Of a stretch of 64,000 nt of DNA, positions 39,754 to 52,594 are shown one piece after another. Origin of the DNA: Octopus sinensis (taxonomy: Eukaryota); assembly GCF_006345805.1 (NCBI RefSeq), contig NC_043003.1, positions 74,710,001 to 74,774,000 on the forward strand, given 5' to 3'. Both the position numbers and the translations under genes were made by a program. The notes beneath the pieces were generated by a model. The model ran no database searches. It was not told where the DNA came from and saw only the letters and a program-made list of their open reading frames with translations. Positions within the stretch are counted from its first letter, which is position 1. Each line of letters opens with the position of its first letter.

Positions 39754-41690
39754 GTATATATGTATGCATGTATTTGTATGTACACACACATAGCTATATA
39801 TGCTATTTTGCAGAATATACTGCAGCAGACGTATCGAGTACACTCTAATGTTATTTAGTTATTTATATGCAAGTGTGTATAGGTGATTTCATAAACACAA
39901 TGGAAGTGAATCCCAGTGAATGATATATTGTATTACATCTCCTTTTAAATATGAAAACTAACATCACAGGTCACGTGTTCTTTTGAAAAGAGAAGATTTG
40001 AATTCTTTGAGGGAATTGAACCGAGAATTTCCGTTTCGAAACTGCTTTTGCTGACGATAAAATTCTGCTATCGATATAACTTTTTCTCTCTTATCCTATT
40101 TTCCTTTCTTTTGTTCTCTTTTCTCTCATCCTTTTTTGTTGCGTTAACAAGAATCCATGCGAAGAATCCTTACGATCACATCTGCCATTTTGATTTATTT
40201 GAAATCCCAATGAACAAACAGAAAAAAGACAACAACAACAGCAACAGCATCAACAACAACACAACGAAAACGAGAGAGGTAGTAGCAACAGCAGCACAAC
40301 ATATCAGAAGCCTACAGGAAAAGTATTCGTCTCTGATTCCCAATTTTAAAGAAAAACATTTAAAACTAAAAAGCCCTAATCATTCAAGCGTACAGTTCGT
40401 GCATAAATGGAAAGAATTCTATCGATTTATCAGACTTTTGACTAATTGAAAGTTTCCTCCTTGCCTGGCAGGAAACAATGTATTCCCAGATGAAGGAGAA
40501 TATATCGTTCATTATGTCACCCACCAACTTTAAGATATTTCCGTAGTTTATTTTTATATTCTGAGATATTTTAGCACATCTTTTTTTAAATTTTATTTTC
40601 TCTAATGCAATATTGATAATGACAATAAAATATTTTAATTATAATAATATCAAATATTAAATATGTAGTTTATTTACAATGATAGACAATATTCTCCATG
40701 AAAACGAAGCTTTCTGCCTGAACAGTGATTGTTTGTATCGTGGGTGTAATTTATTTGGGCATTGGTTATGCAATAGGCTGGTTATTTCGTCTCATTGAAA
40801 TATATGCTTCACATATTCCCTAATGAGTGACATGGTGCTTATACTGGACATTTTCATTGAGAGAATAATCACTTTAGAGATGAAAACGAGGCATCACGAA
40901 ATTAAGCATCGTTTACTTTATCCTGAGTGCCATTGTCACTGATAAAATTTGTATTTTACCTTTGTAGAATCCACTTTACATATGTTTGTGTAGCTAGGAA
41001 TTTCGCTTCGCTACTGCAAGGTTTCAGGTTTGATACCACTTCTGAGAAACATATCCTGCAATAGCCTCGAATCGGTGAAACGACTGGTAAAGAATAGCTG
41101 AATGCAACATTTTCAATACTGGTTCCTAGAATTAGGATGAATTTGACGAATGTCACATTGTTACAGTTAATCAAGACATGTCTCCCATTTAGAGATACAT
41201 ATTTTGCCATTTCCATCAGTTTTGCAGGTCTTTCTCTTCTGGATAAGTTATAGAAAATTAGGTGCAGCCGCTAGTTAACAATAACTCTTACATAAATAAA
41301 ATCTGCATCGTGCCTATCATTTTTATCGAGTTTAAGTTTCAATGAATTGGATATGTAGAAAAACAATGCAAGTGGTTAAAATCTGTCTATTTTCTATCTT
41401 TTACGGAACACTAAGTTATTTACAATCGATTTAATGGATCGGCTGCGAGGTTAATATCCTCGAGAAACTTCACTCAGGTTTCGATGCTCACTCATGTTTA
41501 AAACATTTTTTACTCCAGCTGTTGCATATATTTTATCATGTAGAAACGATAACTTTTAGTGGAAAGGCGTTAAATAGCGTTTATTTTATTCATTCATTGA
41601 TCTGCTATAGGTTGCAGTATCAAGAATCACTACGTTGGACACTGAGTAAGTTTATGTACTTCACTACTTTTAATAACGAGTGGAAATCAC

Positions 41691-41891
41691 ACTTAGTCGG
41701 TTTTATTGTTTATTTTACAATCTCGATTTTTATTAATTCCCTCATAGATGAGTTGTTTTACCAGGGATACAATTCTTGTCAGCCAAAAGCACTTAGTCGG
41801 TTTTATTGTTTATTTTACCATCTCGATTTTTATTAATTCCCTCATAGATGAGTTGTTTTACCAGGGATACCATTCTTGTCAGCCAAAAGCA
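41691..41891. repeat. Recent 100-bp tandem duplication (2 units)
   Basis: ACTTAGTCGGTTTTATTG...CTTGTCAGCCAAAAGC at 41691-41790 and 41791-41890, differing at two positions (TACAAT vs TACCAT twice). Confidence 0.95.
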
Positions 41892-42089
41892 GGTTTACTT
41901 TTCCTCCATAGATTCCTTATTGTTAAGCTTTCAAGCCCCTCTCGGATTGTGTGTAGAATTAATATGACCCAAGCTCGATAGAACCACTTAGCTTTATTAG
42001 GAACAATTGCAATAATGTAACAACCTCCCTCTCTTTATCTCGCCTTCGCTCTACCTCTCAATATTTATTTCTTTAATACATTCCTAAAT

Positions 42090-42390
42090 GCTGGTTCTGA
42101 GCAAAGTGTTCAAGTTGTTCCAGCTGAAAGTTGCAGGAGTTGAGGACAAGTTGAACCCCTTCTTCGGTCACACGTGCGGGCGAACACCAGTTGATAGTTC
42201 TCCGAAGAAGACCATTTTCGGGAGACGATTATCAGGCATCCTGATAACGCGGCTGATCCAGCTTAGAAGACAGCGTTGGATGATGGCTTCAACGCTGGAG
42301 ATTCCTGCTTGACGGAAAATTTCGGGGTGCGGGTGGGAGTGAACTTATCTTTCCAATTCATGCATAAAATTCGTTGGAGACTGTGGATGA
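42090..42390 (-). mobile_element. RTE-clade LINE ORF C-terminal relic
   Basis: Minus translation SLQRILCMNWKDK...EIFRQAGISSVEAIIQRCLLSWISRVIRMPDNRLPKMVFFGELSTGVRP...PKK matches RTE LRRIL.I.W.D...LRW.GHV.RM.D.RLPK...GEL..G.R. Confidence 0.85.
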
Positions 42391-42394
42391 GAAA

Positions 42395-42925
42395 TGACTG
42401 TGAAAACGTGAAAGCAACCGTACTATGGGATGTACCAATGCACACAGATAGAAAAAGTTAAGACCAATAGGCCAGATATAGTTGTCAGAGATCACGAAGA
42501 AAAATCTCTTTCTAACTGATGTATCAGTACCAGCAGATTACAACGTTTCTCTAAAAGAAACGGAGAAACATTCAAAATAGAAAGACCTGGAAATAGACGT
42601 AACTCGAACGTGGAATCTGAAAAAAGAAACAATTACTTGATAAAATGATGACAAGAATGATGGCGCATTAGGTATGATAACAAATTTTCAGACAAATACA
42701 TAAAAACACCAGGACTTAAAAATAAATACAGCATACAGAAAATTGCACTACTGGGCACTTCACACATCCTATGCAAAGCACTTTCGATTCAGTAACTATA
42801 AGAGCATCAATGCAAACCACAGCACATGCCCAGGGCAGACAGAGCTGCGATCGGTAGAGAAGTGAAAGCATGTTATAAAAATAAAACTACAGAATAATAA
42901 CAACAACAACAACAATAATAATAAT
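42395..42925 (+). mobile_element. 5'-truncated R4/Dong-type non-LTR retrotransposon 3' end with (TAA/CAA)n tail
   Basis: ENVKATVLWDVPMHTDRK-KTNRPDIVVRDHEEK...TDVSVPADYNVSLKETEK...KDLEI...GALG...SIQKIALLGTSHILCKALSIQ* (PD..D endonuclease), then a ~100-bp 3' UTR and TAA/CAA repeats. Dong elements are known to target TAA repeats. Confidence 0.9.
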
Positions 42926-42929
42926 ATCT

Positions 42930-43125
42930 ACTCTTGGCACATGGCCCGAAATTTTTGGGGAAAGGGGCCAGTCGATTAGATTGACCTCAGTACGTAACTG
43001 GTACTTAATTTATCGACCACATCAAAAGGATGAAAGGCAAGTCGACCTCGTTGAAAGTTGAACTCAAAACGTAGAGACGGGCGAAGAATTTCGTCATCCG
43101 TGCTAACGATTCTGCCAGCTCACTG
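42930..43125 (-). mobile_element. SINE family C
   Basis: AACTGGTACTTAATTTATCGAC...AAAGGATGAAAGGCAAGTCGACCTCG...TTGAACTCA...GCTAACGATTCTGCCAGCTC. Confidence 0.8.
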
Positions 43126-43751
43126 TCTTAATAATAATAATGATGATGATGATGATTTCAAATTTTGGCACAATCCAGTCTACGATATCAGCTTCAACAG
43201 CTGCAACCATATCGCCATCAATGTTATTGTTTTAATATTTTTACTATTCGTAACTATCCTATTAAACATTATATCAACATCATCATATTCGTCGTTACCG
43301 TCAACATTATTTTCGTCATCGGCATCATCATCACCACCATCATCATCAATTCCTTCTTCGTCATCCTCATCGTCATCATTTTGCCATTATCATGTTCATC
43401 CTCACCATCAGTATTACCATAATCGCTCTCGTTTTTAATTACCACTATTTTGATTATTGCTGCTCTCTTTGCTTTTCTTTCATTTTGCATTATAGTTGTT
43501 TCCTTTTTATTCTTTAATTCTCTCTTTTTTTTTTTAATTTACTAAATATCAAATTCTCTGTGCAAAATTTATATTGTTCGCATTAAGGTGATCGCCTTTG
43601 TATGGCACACATGTAAGTTGCGGTGGAACAATGGCAATTACTTCTGTTCAGTTTTGATACTCTTAAACCGAACACTGTCAAATGTGTATGTGGTGTGTAT
43701 ATATGTGTGTATGAGTGTGCATATGGGGGTGTGGTATATATACATATGTGC

Positions 43752-43786
<35 letters not shown>

Positions 43787-45024
43787 CATATATCGTTTGT
43801 ATTATTTTGTTCAACCTTTTCTTCCCTTTCATTTTACGTTTTTCAAATAATGGTGTAAACGAAAAACACAAACTATCTCATGTAAAGAACAATGTCAGTA
43901 GCAAAGAGTGATAATAGGAGTAAAAGTGTGAGGCGGGAAGTTAGTGAATTGAAGAGCCTGAATTAAAGATAGGCAACAATTAAAGTCAGCTGCTTATTGA
44001 GAAGAGAGTGAAGGAAGGATAGCGTTAGAGAAGATAAATTGATTAAATTCCGTAATGCAAAATAATAGCGGTGGAGAATTGGTGTACCAAGTGAAATTGA
44101 ATGGGAGAAAGAGAGAGGGGGGTAGACAGAGAAAGTGAGAGGGGCAGAGAGAGAAATGTTGATGAGAAAAAACGCGGGGAGGGGGGTTATTGGAAGTATA
44201 AAATGAAAGAGATTGGAATTAATGCAACTAGAGAAAATACAGGTTTATATACGTACATAAATACACACACATGTATGGGGGAATGAGGAAGAGCGAATTC
44301 AAAGAGAAGGCAACATTTGGAAAAACCGGGTACATGAAGATGTGTGTGCTTGTGTTTGTTGTATATTGTATGTAACATGAGTAAATCTGAGGTTGAGTGA
44401 AATGAGAGAGAAAGTGAGAGAAAGAGAGCTATTAAGAAATTTATGTAAGAAATGCGTATAATCACTTGTGAGATCACAAACATACACGTTGTTCAGGTCT
44501 TCCTCATGTAACGATTCTTTGAAGCGATGTATGACCAAATACAATTCAGCCGAGGCCGCCCTGGTCTTTCTCCTAACTATACACCTCTCACTACCGTATT
44601 ATCCAACTGCCATTTGTAGCATATCATGCAACGATAGGGATAATGTTGTTTTTTGTTTTGCATTACTTTTTTTTTAATACATGGTAAGTGATATATGTAG
44701 TTTTATTAGAACGATGTTTAGAGTGGGTTGTTCCGACTTTTTTTGTTCTGAGTTCAAATCTCACAGTGGTGAACAATACTTATTATCCCTGCGGTATCTA
44801 TACAACGGAGTAAGATTTTTGTCTGGTATATTGGCCACAAAACATTTGACAAATTGCCTGATAACATGTGTTCTGGCATCTTACGCTCTAATATTTGCAC
44901 TAACGACATTGGTGTCCACCTACACTTGCCTTTCCTTCTTCCATTGGACAAAATCAATGCAGAGAAAGTGTGGAGGAATTCCCTGAGCATGAATTGTTGC
45001 TTCACAAAAATCGAAAATAAATAG

Positions 45025-45152
45025 GTGCAGGCTTGCTGCATGATTTCAGTCCCACTGCGTGTCAGTTTCGTGAGGTGTCTTCTACTTACAACCTCGGACG
45101 GACAAAGGCCTTGAGAGTGGATTTGGTAGGTGTAAACTAAATGAAACCTGCC

Positions 45153-45184
<32 letters not shown>

Positions 45185-45240
45185 TTGTATGTCTGTCCCA
45201 CACCACAGCTTGACAATGGTGCTAGTGTGCTTAAGTTTGT
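45025..45240 (+). mobile_element. SINE family B (diverged)
   Basis: TTCAGTCCCACTGCGTG...GTGTCTTCTAC...GCCTTGAGAGTGGATTTGGTAG...GCTTGACAA. Confidence 0.7.
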
Positions 45241-46671
45241 ATGTGCTTAGGTTTGTGTGTGTATGCATGTGCTTGTGTGTGTGTGTAGAGTGAGAACTGG
45301 TGTGATTAAACAGTGTAGGATTCATAAGGCACAAGGGAATATATGTGAGTAAAAAGATATTTAAAAAATCGAGTATTTAATTTAATTAAGAGTGAAAGAC
45401 AGGAATATGTAGAGAGAAGACACAGGTTAGAGTGGGAGATAGTTAGAGGCAGAGTGAGAGAGACAGAGAAGGGGAGGGTATGAGGATAATAGTGTTTCAA
45501 GCAAGTGAAGTCGTCATGTTGATTCAAGTGATGAGAGAGAAACCTGACTGGAATATTCTGTAAGAAACAATGTATGTGAAAATAATAGCATTCCTCAAAT
45601 TCTTGATCCAACAATATAGCGAGACTCCCTCATTTCAGCTAACTGCATAAATGACGGAGTGGGGAAGGAACAGGAGCGATAATCTCATTCTACTTTTAGC
45701 AAGACTGGATAGTCACGATCAAAGGCAATCCAGATGCGATTTCTAATAGGTCGAGCATAAATGTTTACCCCCTCCCCTCTGTTATCTTTTACGTCCCTCT
45801 TCTTTGTTTTCCTTCCCCTCCCCCTGCTTTACCACATATTGCAGTATTAATTTATTAGTTATGAGGCAAAGGTCAAGGTACGAGTGAAAGTTTATGTAGT
45901 AGGAGGCGGAGATGTTAACGGGGAGTTGAAAATAGAAGAATGCTGGGTTAAATGCAAAATTATAAGCTAGACATAAGAGAGAAAACCATTTAGCAAGATA
46001 TGAAAACTATTGCTGGAGAACAACTATTCAGAATTAGAGAAGCGGAAGGTTGTAGGTGTAGCACGTATTAAATGAATGTCTAATAGTTATTGCTGATTCT
46101 ATTCAATCAATCTCAACAGTGAGTAGTCAGCTTTGATTTCTAAGATATCTTTTGTTCACAGAGTTTTCTATACCTGTTGTCATTGATGAAACTGTGGACT
46201 GAACGTCAATAAGAGGAGGGACGTGGTTGTTGAATATAACCAAATCAGTAGAAAGCTGTACTAAATGCACTCCACAAGTTGTGTGTTCGCTATCTCTATT
46301 TTGATTTCAAACCACACATTTATCGACTTACCCCGTTCATCACTGCAATAGTGAAAATACATCATTTGAAATAAGACAAACCACAATAATACAAGTGTGT
46401 CTTCAGCCTAGATTTAACGTACTAAAGTTGTTTTATAAACCAAAATCATATTGAATTATATTAAACAGTTCATTTCAAATAAGCCGCATTTTTTCTTTAG
46501 ATTCTATATTATTTACTTCATCTAGATTTTGAAGAATGTAGTCGAAAATCCGAGAGCGTTCTCTGATATTTGTAGCAGTTTTACCGCCCACATACTCCCA
46601 TGGTGTTTAACTGCCTTGTTGATGGAACAAACTCGTATTATTTTGTAGGCCCCACAACGGTGGCCATTGCT

Positions 46672-46860
46672 TACAGCTGGCAGAATCATTAGCAGGCCTA
46701 ATAGAACTACTTAACGGCATTTCGTCTCTTTTTACGATCTGAGTTCTAAATCCGCCGAGGTCGACTTTGCTTTTCATCTTTTCGGGGTTGATAAAATAAA
46801 TACCAACTGACTTACTCCGACCCCACAAATTGCTGAAATTGAGTCGAAATTTGAAATAAT
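46672..46860 (+). mobile_element. SINE family C
   Basis: AGCTGGCAGAATCATTAGC...GAGTTCTAAATCCGCCGAGGTCGACTTTGCTTTTCATCTTTTCGGGGTTGATAAAATAAATACC. Confidence 0.8.
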
Positions 46861-47607
46861 AATATGTTTCTATGCGTAGTTTGTTTAGGATTGACTACAA
46901 TTTTGAATCGATATATTTTTGAAGAGGAAGGATGGGGATTTGAGAAAAAATTGACTGCTAGTTTTAGCAGATTCAAACGACCAGATATATCCCCCCTATT
47001 TGTTTGGGGATGGCTAATGCCTTGCATCGTTAATTGGTATCCTTTTTATGTTATAATATCAAAGAAGTCAATATTGATAGAATAAATACCAATAACAATT
47101 TGGATCAATCCATCGTTTATATCCATGCCTTCACAAGTAATGTTTTCTTTTGGACTGGTCACAAGGGATCCTTTAGATTACGGTGAACAAAGCATATTAA
47201 AATTTGCATCTTTTTCTCCTCTGCATTACTGTTGCACGCGAATATTGCTGGGAAATTATGGCATATTCTACAGAGCTTGTCGGAAATCAACATACAAACA
47301 TTGATTTCCCATCACCTTAGGTGAATTAGCATTAGTTTACGAAGAAAAACTCACTTGAGAGAGGCACTCTGTTTCCCTTAATCTACTCCCAGAAAAATTC
47401 GAATATTTCTTTCAAATTCCATATAAATGTATGACATACACACTACGAGTCTATGTGTTAGAGATTAGACAACCATCCAAGGGATTATAAATATCCAATA
47501 TTCAACTGGATCTTTACCTATATATATCCAAATTCTTACTCTAGTGAGGCAATATTGTAAGTGAATAATGGGTATGTGTGGCGGTAAACTCAATTTTAAG
47601 CAGAATT

Positions 47608-48345
47608 TATAAGACAAGGAAGAAAATGGAGAAGATAATTAATTGACAAATATCAGATAGATCTATTTATTAGTTACAATCATATGAATAAATTTTAAAA
47701 AATAAGACTGTGTGAATATAACTCTACTGTTACATGTGTTTCTATTTTGGGGGTCCAGCATAATAAAGTTGGCACATTATACCAAGATTTTACAACGATT
47801 GTACAAAAATTGAATAAAAAATTGGTAAGTATTGAACCTCAAAGCTTCATCAGAGAGTTCGTATTTGTAAGAATTAAATAATTAAAACCGTTAAATAGAA
47901 TAAGAAAAAATAATAAAAAAGTAAACTCCAAGTTAATACCCAGAGGTTGTGAGATCACATCTTATTTCAGTCTAATAACATGTTATCTCAAATCCTCTGG
48001 ATATTATCTTGGAATTTATTTTTACTATATTTTCCTATTTTTGAATTATTTTATTTTACTTCTTTGCTTAATTCTTACCATTACGCTCTCTCTGATGAAG
48101 CTTGGCCATTCAAATTTTGTCCAATTTTTCTCCAATGTTTATTCAATTTTTGTACAATCTTTGTATAATCTCGGTATGGTGTGTCAACTTTGGCATGCTG
48201 GACCCCAAAATAGAAACAGCTGTAGCAGTAGAATTATATTCATTCATTTATTCTTATTTATTTATTTATTCATATAACTGTAATTAATAAATAGATCTAG
48301 CTGATATTTGTAAATTATCTTCCCCATTTTTTTGCTTGTCTTATA
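47608..48345. repeat. ~360-bp-arm fold-back inverted repeat with a split hammerhead core in each arm
   Basis: TATAAGACAAGG...GAAGATAATT at 47608 pairs with AATTATCTTC...CTTGTCTTATA at the right end; GTTTCTATTTTGGGGGTCCAGCAT pairs with ATGCTGGACCCCAAAATAGAAAC; centre near 47966-47973. Confidence 0.92.
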
Positions 48346-48352
48346 CACCCCC

Positions 48353-48479
<127 letters not shown>

Positions 48480-48570
48480 ATGATATTAGGGAATAAATCC
48501 AACTTACAGGGAAAAATTTGATTTAGGATTAAATCCAATTTTATAGTATAAATATATTATATTATATTAT

Positions 48571-48995
48571 ATTAAATTAGAGATAAAACCACTATTAGGC
48601 AAATCAAACAGTGAAAAACATAAACCAATACATAAAATTAATTTCAAAATATAAAAGTTAAAAATTAAAAAAAATATTTCAATAATTTAAACTTATAAAT
48701 TTTAGATATATATATACAAATATATATATGTATATATATATGTATGTATATTTTTATATTTATATATTATTTTATTTATTAATTAATTAATTTATTTATA
48801 TATTTTTTTAATATAAATATCAAAAGTATTAAAAGTTTAATAAATATTTGTATATATATATTTAAAATTTATAAGTTTAAATTATTTAAATAACTTTTTA
48901 ATTTTTAACTTTTATATTTTTAAATTAATTTTATGTATTGGCTTATGTTTTTCACTGTTTGATTTCCCTAATAGTGGTTTTATCTCTAATTTAAT
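48571..48995. repeat. AT-rich inverted repeat (~150-bp high-identity arms, ~120-bp AT spacer)
   Basis: ATTAAATTAGAGATAAAACCACTATTAGGCAAATCAAACAGTGAAAAACATAA is reverse-complemented at 48944-48995. Confidence 0.92.
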
Positions 48996-49028
48996 AATAA
49001 TATAATATTATATATATATATATATATC

Positions 49029-49152
49029 TAATTTAAAGGACTGATCACTAAAAGTGGACGGTCAACATGCTAGATATAGACGTCAAATCGCTATTTTCCG
49101 TCTATATCTAGCATGTTGACCGTCCACTTTTAGTGGTCACTCCTTTAAATTA
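49029..49152. repeat. Near-perfect hairpin, 54-bp arms (2 mismatches), 16-nt loop
   Basis: TAATTTAAAGGACTGATCACTAAAAGTGGACGGTCAACATGCTAGATATAGACG / CGTCTATATCTAGCATGTTGACCGTCCACTTTTAGTGGTCACTCCTTTAAATTA. Confidence 0.97.
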
Positions 49153-49907
49153 TATATGTAAAAATATTTTAATTTTCGGATTTTTTTAATATGCTATGCC
49201 ACTGGTTTTAATTGATTAATATCAATTTCTACACTTATTCAATTATATATATATATATGCATATACATACATACCAGGGGATAACTGTTATTATCACATT
49301 TCTATATATATATTCTGAAACGTGATAGAGCGGAAAATGATAAATGAGGACAAATGAATTTTATGCTGGTCAATCTTTTTTTTAGTGTTGTAACCAGATG
49401 AGCAAGGGCAAATTCTCTGACAGAGCCTCTGAATGAAGAATAAAACATGGTGTATTAGAACACGAAATTTTGGTACAAAATGTAGTTCCTTAAAGACTTC
49501 AGAGTAAACTAGCCTTTCTGTCAAACCCTAAAATATGAACTGTCTCACGGAAGGCTGTTACATATCTTCCTTAAACCAAATTTAATCGCAATCTATAGAA
49601 GGAATCCAACCGAAACTAAGAGATTCGTTCTGAGCTGCCGCACAATGGGACCAAACTTTAAACGTAGTTGTAAAACAGCTTTTTTCCAAATGCGGCAGTC
49701 ATACTTACTTCCGACTATGAAATAGCATGTGATTTACACTTCTCTGATAGAATGGACACGAAAAAACAAAATTTGTATATAACACACAGACATCGAATGG
49801 CTAAAGGAGAAAATCCTGGTGGATTTTTCACCAAGCCCTGACAATTAGCAGGTTTGCCGATAGAAATTTAGTAGATCAACCCGATCTACACACAAACACA
49901 CACGCAT

Positions 49908-49938
<31 letters not shown>

Positions 49939-49942
49939 AACA

Positions 49943-50035
<93 letters not shown>

Positions 50036-50167
50036 ATGTGTGACTCTCTCTCTCTCTCTATATATATATATATCTATATCCATCTATCTATGTCTATATA
50101 TGTATATATATATATATATGGTGTTTTTTTTCTAATATTTAATATATATATGTATATATATATATAT

Positions 50168-50440
50168 TCGTGTGGCATCGTCCGTTTTTCTGTCCCTATT
50201 TCGTATACATTCGATCCTTCTTCCAAGAAATCTAATGCTCGTAGCTTAGTTTTTCTAATGCTCGTAGCTTAGTTTTCCTGGGGGCTGGCCGGATCGGAGC
50301 GATCTCAAGATTAATCAGCCGAAATTGCTACGATGATCCGGTTCTTGACTGAAGATTGAGGGCTTCGAATGTCCCGTCCGTGTTTTTTGCATCGTTTTCT
50401 AAGTGTTTTGCGTTCTTGTCCCAGTTTGTATTTTTCTACA
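50168..50440. mobile_element. CpG-rich short interspersed element between (TA)n tracts, with an internal ~23-bp tandem duplication
   Basis: CTAATGCTCGTAGCTTAGTTTT occurs twice (50232-50276). Composition contrasts with the flanks. Single copy in this window, so its mobile nature is inferred. Confidence 0.4.
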
Positions 50441-50649
50441 TATAATAATAATAATAATAATAATATATATATATATATATATATATATGCACCCATACAC
50501 GCATAAGTATGTATGTACGTAATTGCCTGTGTGAATCAATCTATCTGTAAGTGAGTATGGATGATATAGTTTTACGCTTATGACGGCATGTGTTTTTTAT
50601 CTTTACACCATTAATTATATACATATACATATACATACATACATACATG

Positions 50650-50683
<34 letters not shown>

Positions 50684-50714
50684 TACATACATACATATAC
50701 ATACATACATATAC

Positions 50715-50759
<45 letters not shown>

Positions 50760-50763
50760 ATAT

Positions 50764-50795
<32 letters not shown>

Positions 50796-50810
50796 ATATA
50801 TATATATATG

Positions 50811-50844
<34 letters not shown>

Positions 50845-52088
50845 TATATCTATATATATATATATTCATATATATATATTCATGCATTGATGCATTTACT
50901 AGAAACGGAAGGAAATATGAAATCGCTGATGTGTGGTAGTCTAGAGTAATAGCCTCATTTAAATATAGCATTACAACAATATCGTTAGGAAACATAATTC
51001 AAATGGAAGGAGCTGGATGTCTAAAATATGGATCACGCTTGAAATAGAACAGATTATTGTTTTATTAATATTTTACAGGCAGAAAATGTTATCTCTAATC
51101 TGTTCGCTACTAAGAACAAAAAAATTAAGCAGCGATCACACAGGCTATTTTAGTTTGGAAAAGACTATCAATTATATATCTGTTCATCTAGTCATTTATA
51201 CTGTATATCCTGAGTGTATATAAATCATGTTTATACACTATGGGAATAAAATGAGAATTTTTAGTTTCCGTATATTTATTATTGCTTTTACAAGTATGGA
51301 TGGCATCAGTGCGGAATCGACGTTATTGTTATTTTCTCTCTCTGAATCACACGAAATTAACAGGAAAAAATTCATCAAGATTGCAAATACAAGAGACTTG
51401 ATATTCGTACAACCGCTCTTTGATTTTTACCAGCTTAGAAATATACCGCAAGAACTCTTGCGCCGTAACATATCTTAACAAGTTATACTACTGCTGTGTC
51501 AAACGAAGTACAATGTTATAAATAAATAAATCAATGCAATTTCTCACGATTTTGAATAGGAAAATTAGCGGAAATACGTCATGTAATAATTGCACACTAA
51601 TATGTGAATCACTTCTTTCAATGAACATGGGCTATACTAGTAAAAACGAACATACATAGCATGTCCCTCATAAGACACACAGCACTTGAAATATAGGAAT
51701 AAAATGTGTTCATACTTGATTGCAAATTGTTTATAGTATTTTCGTGATATGACATTAGATTATTGTATTAGAAACCAACAAAATGTAAATCATGTGCACG
51801 AAATATTGATGAAAATAGTAAACATACCAAGTTGAACACAAAGGACTAAACTGGAAATGCTGAAACTCATAAATATGAACGAAATTTGTCGAGTACCAGC
51901 GTGAAACGCTAGTAAAAAAATAATAGTGGAGAAGAGTTTAAAGAGGAGTAGAATAAAAAATATTGCTAGATTAACTTGTCTCAGTTTTCACTTCGAGATT
52001 TTTGCATCAGCTGATCATTTTCTGAATCACTTTTGGAAGTGACACACGAAAAAAAATCGTGTTTTTATTATGCACTTCTACAAAGACA

Positions 52089-52122
<34 letters not shown>

Positions 52123-52245
52123 CACACACACATACGCACATACTCCCACACATGTGCTCAAATGAAGATATATGTATATTTAGAAAACTGAAAATATATG
52201 TGTGTGCGCGCACGATATATATATATATATATATATTTGAAGTAA

Positions 52246-52594
52246 TTGGAGTTAGAAAGGAGTACGGTTGGACATTTTATTATTCACTATAATTGTTTCG
52301 AAGCAACGCAGTTCTCCAAGAGTATAGGTACTTGATTATGCAGCTGTGTATGCACCGTGCCCATGCAAACCGCTAATAAATTAAAACCACGACCGAAAAG
52401 ATGGCCTTGATATAGATATTAAAATAACGGAAACAACACGCGTATATCGCCTAAAGGAACACAACTAGATCTGTTTATGCAAACAAACAGTTGCATAATG
52501 AAGTACCTATATTCTTGGAGAACTATGTTTCTTCAAGACGATTATAGTGAATAATAAATAAATGTTCAACCATACTCCTTCTTCCTGACTCCAA
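52246..52594. repeat. Inverted repeat (~110-bp arms, ~125-bp spacer) abutting (TA)n
   Basis: AGGAGTACGGTTGGACATT...TTATTATTCACTATAAT...AGTTCTCCAAGAGTATAGGTACTTGATTATGCA pairs with TGCATAATGAAGTACCTATATTCTTGGAGAACT...ATTATAGTGAATAATAA...AATGTTCAACCATACTCCT. Confidence 0.9.

Noticed and set aside
40455-40533. Acceptor-like TTTCCTCCTTGCCTGGCAG followed by NNVFPDEGEYIVHYVTHQL*
   Set aside because: Short, with no recognisable homology and no partner exons; compatible with chance.
41691-41891. Possible CRISPR-like or spaced repeat array (also 26253/26505 and 23184/23325)
   Set aside because: Only two adjacent units without unique spacers, eukaryotic context and no cas genes.
50345-50380. CTGAAGA...CGAATGTC as a hammerhead
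   Set aside because: GAAA is broken, stem II does not pair, and there is only one copy in the window.
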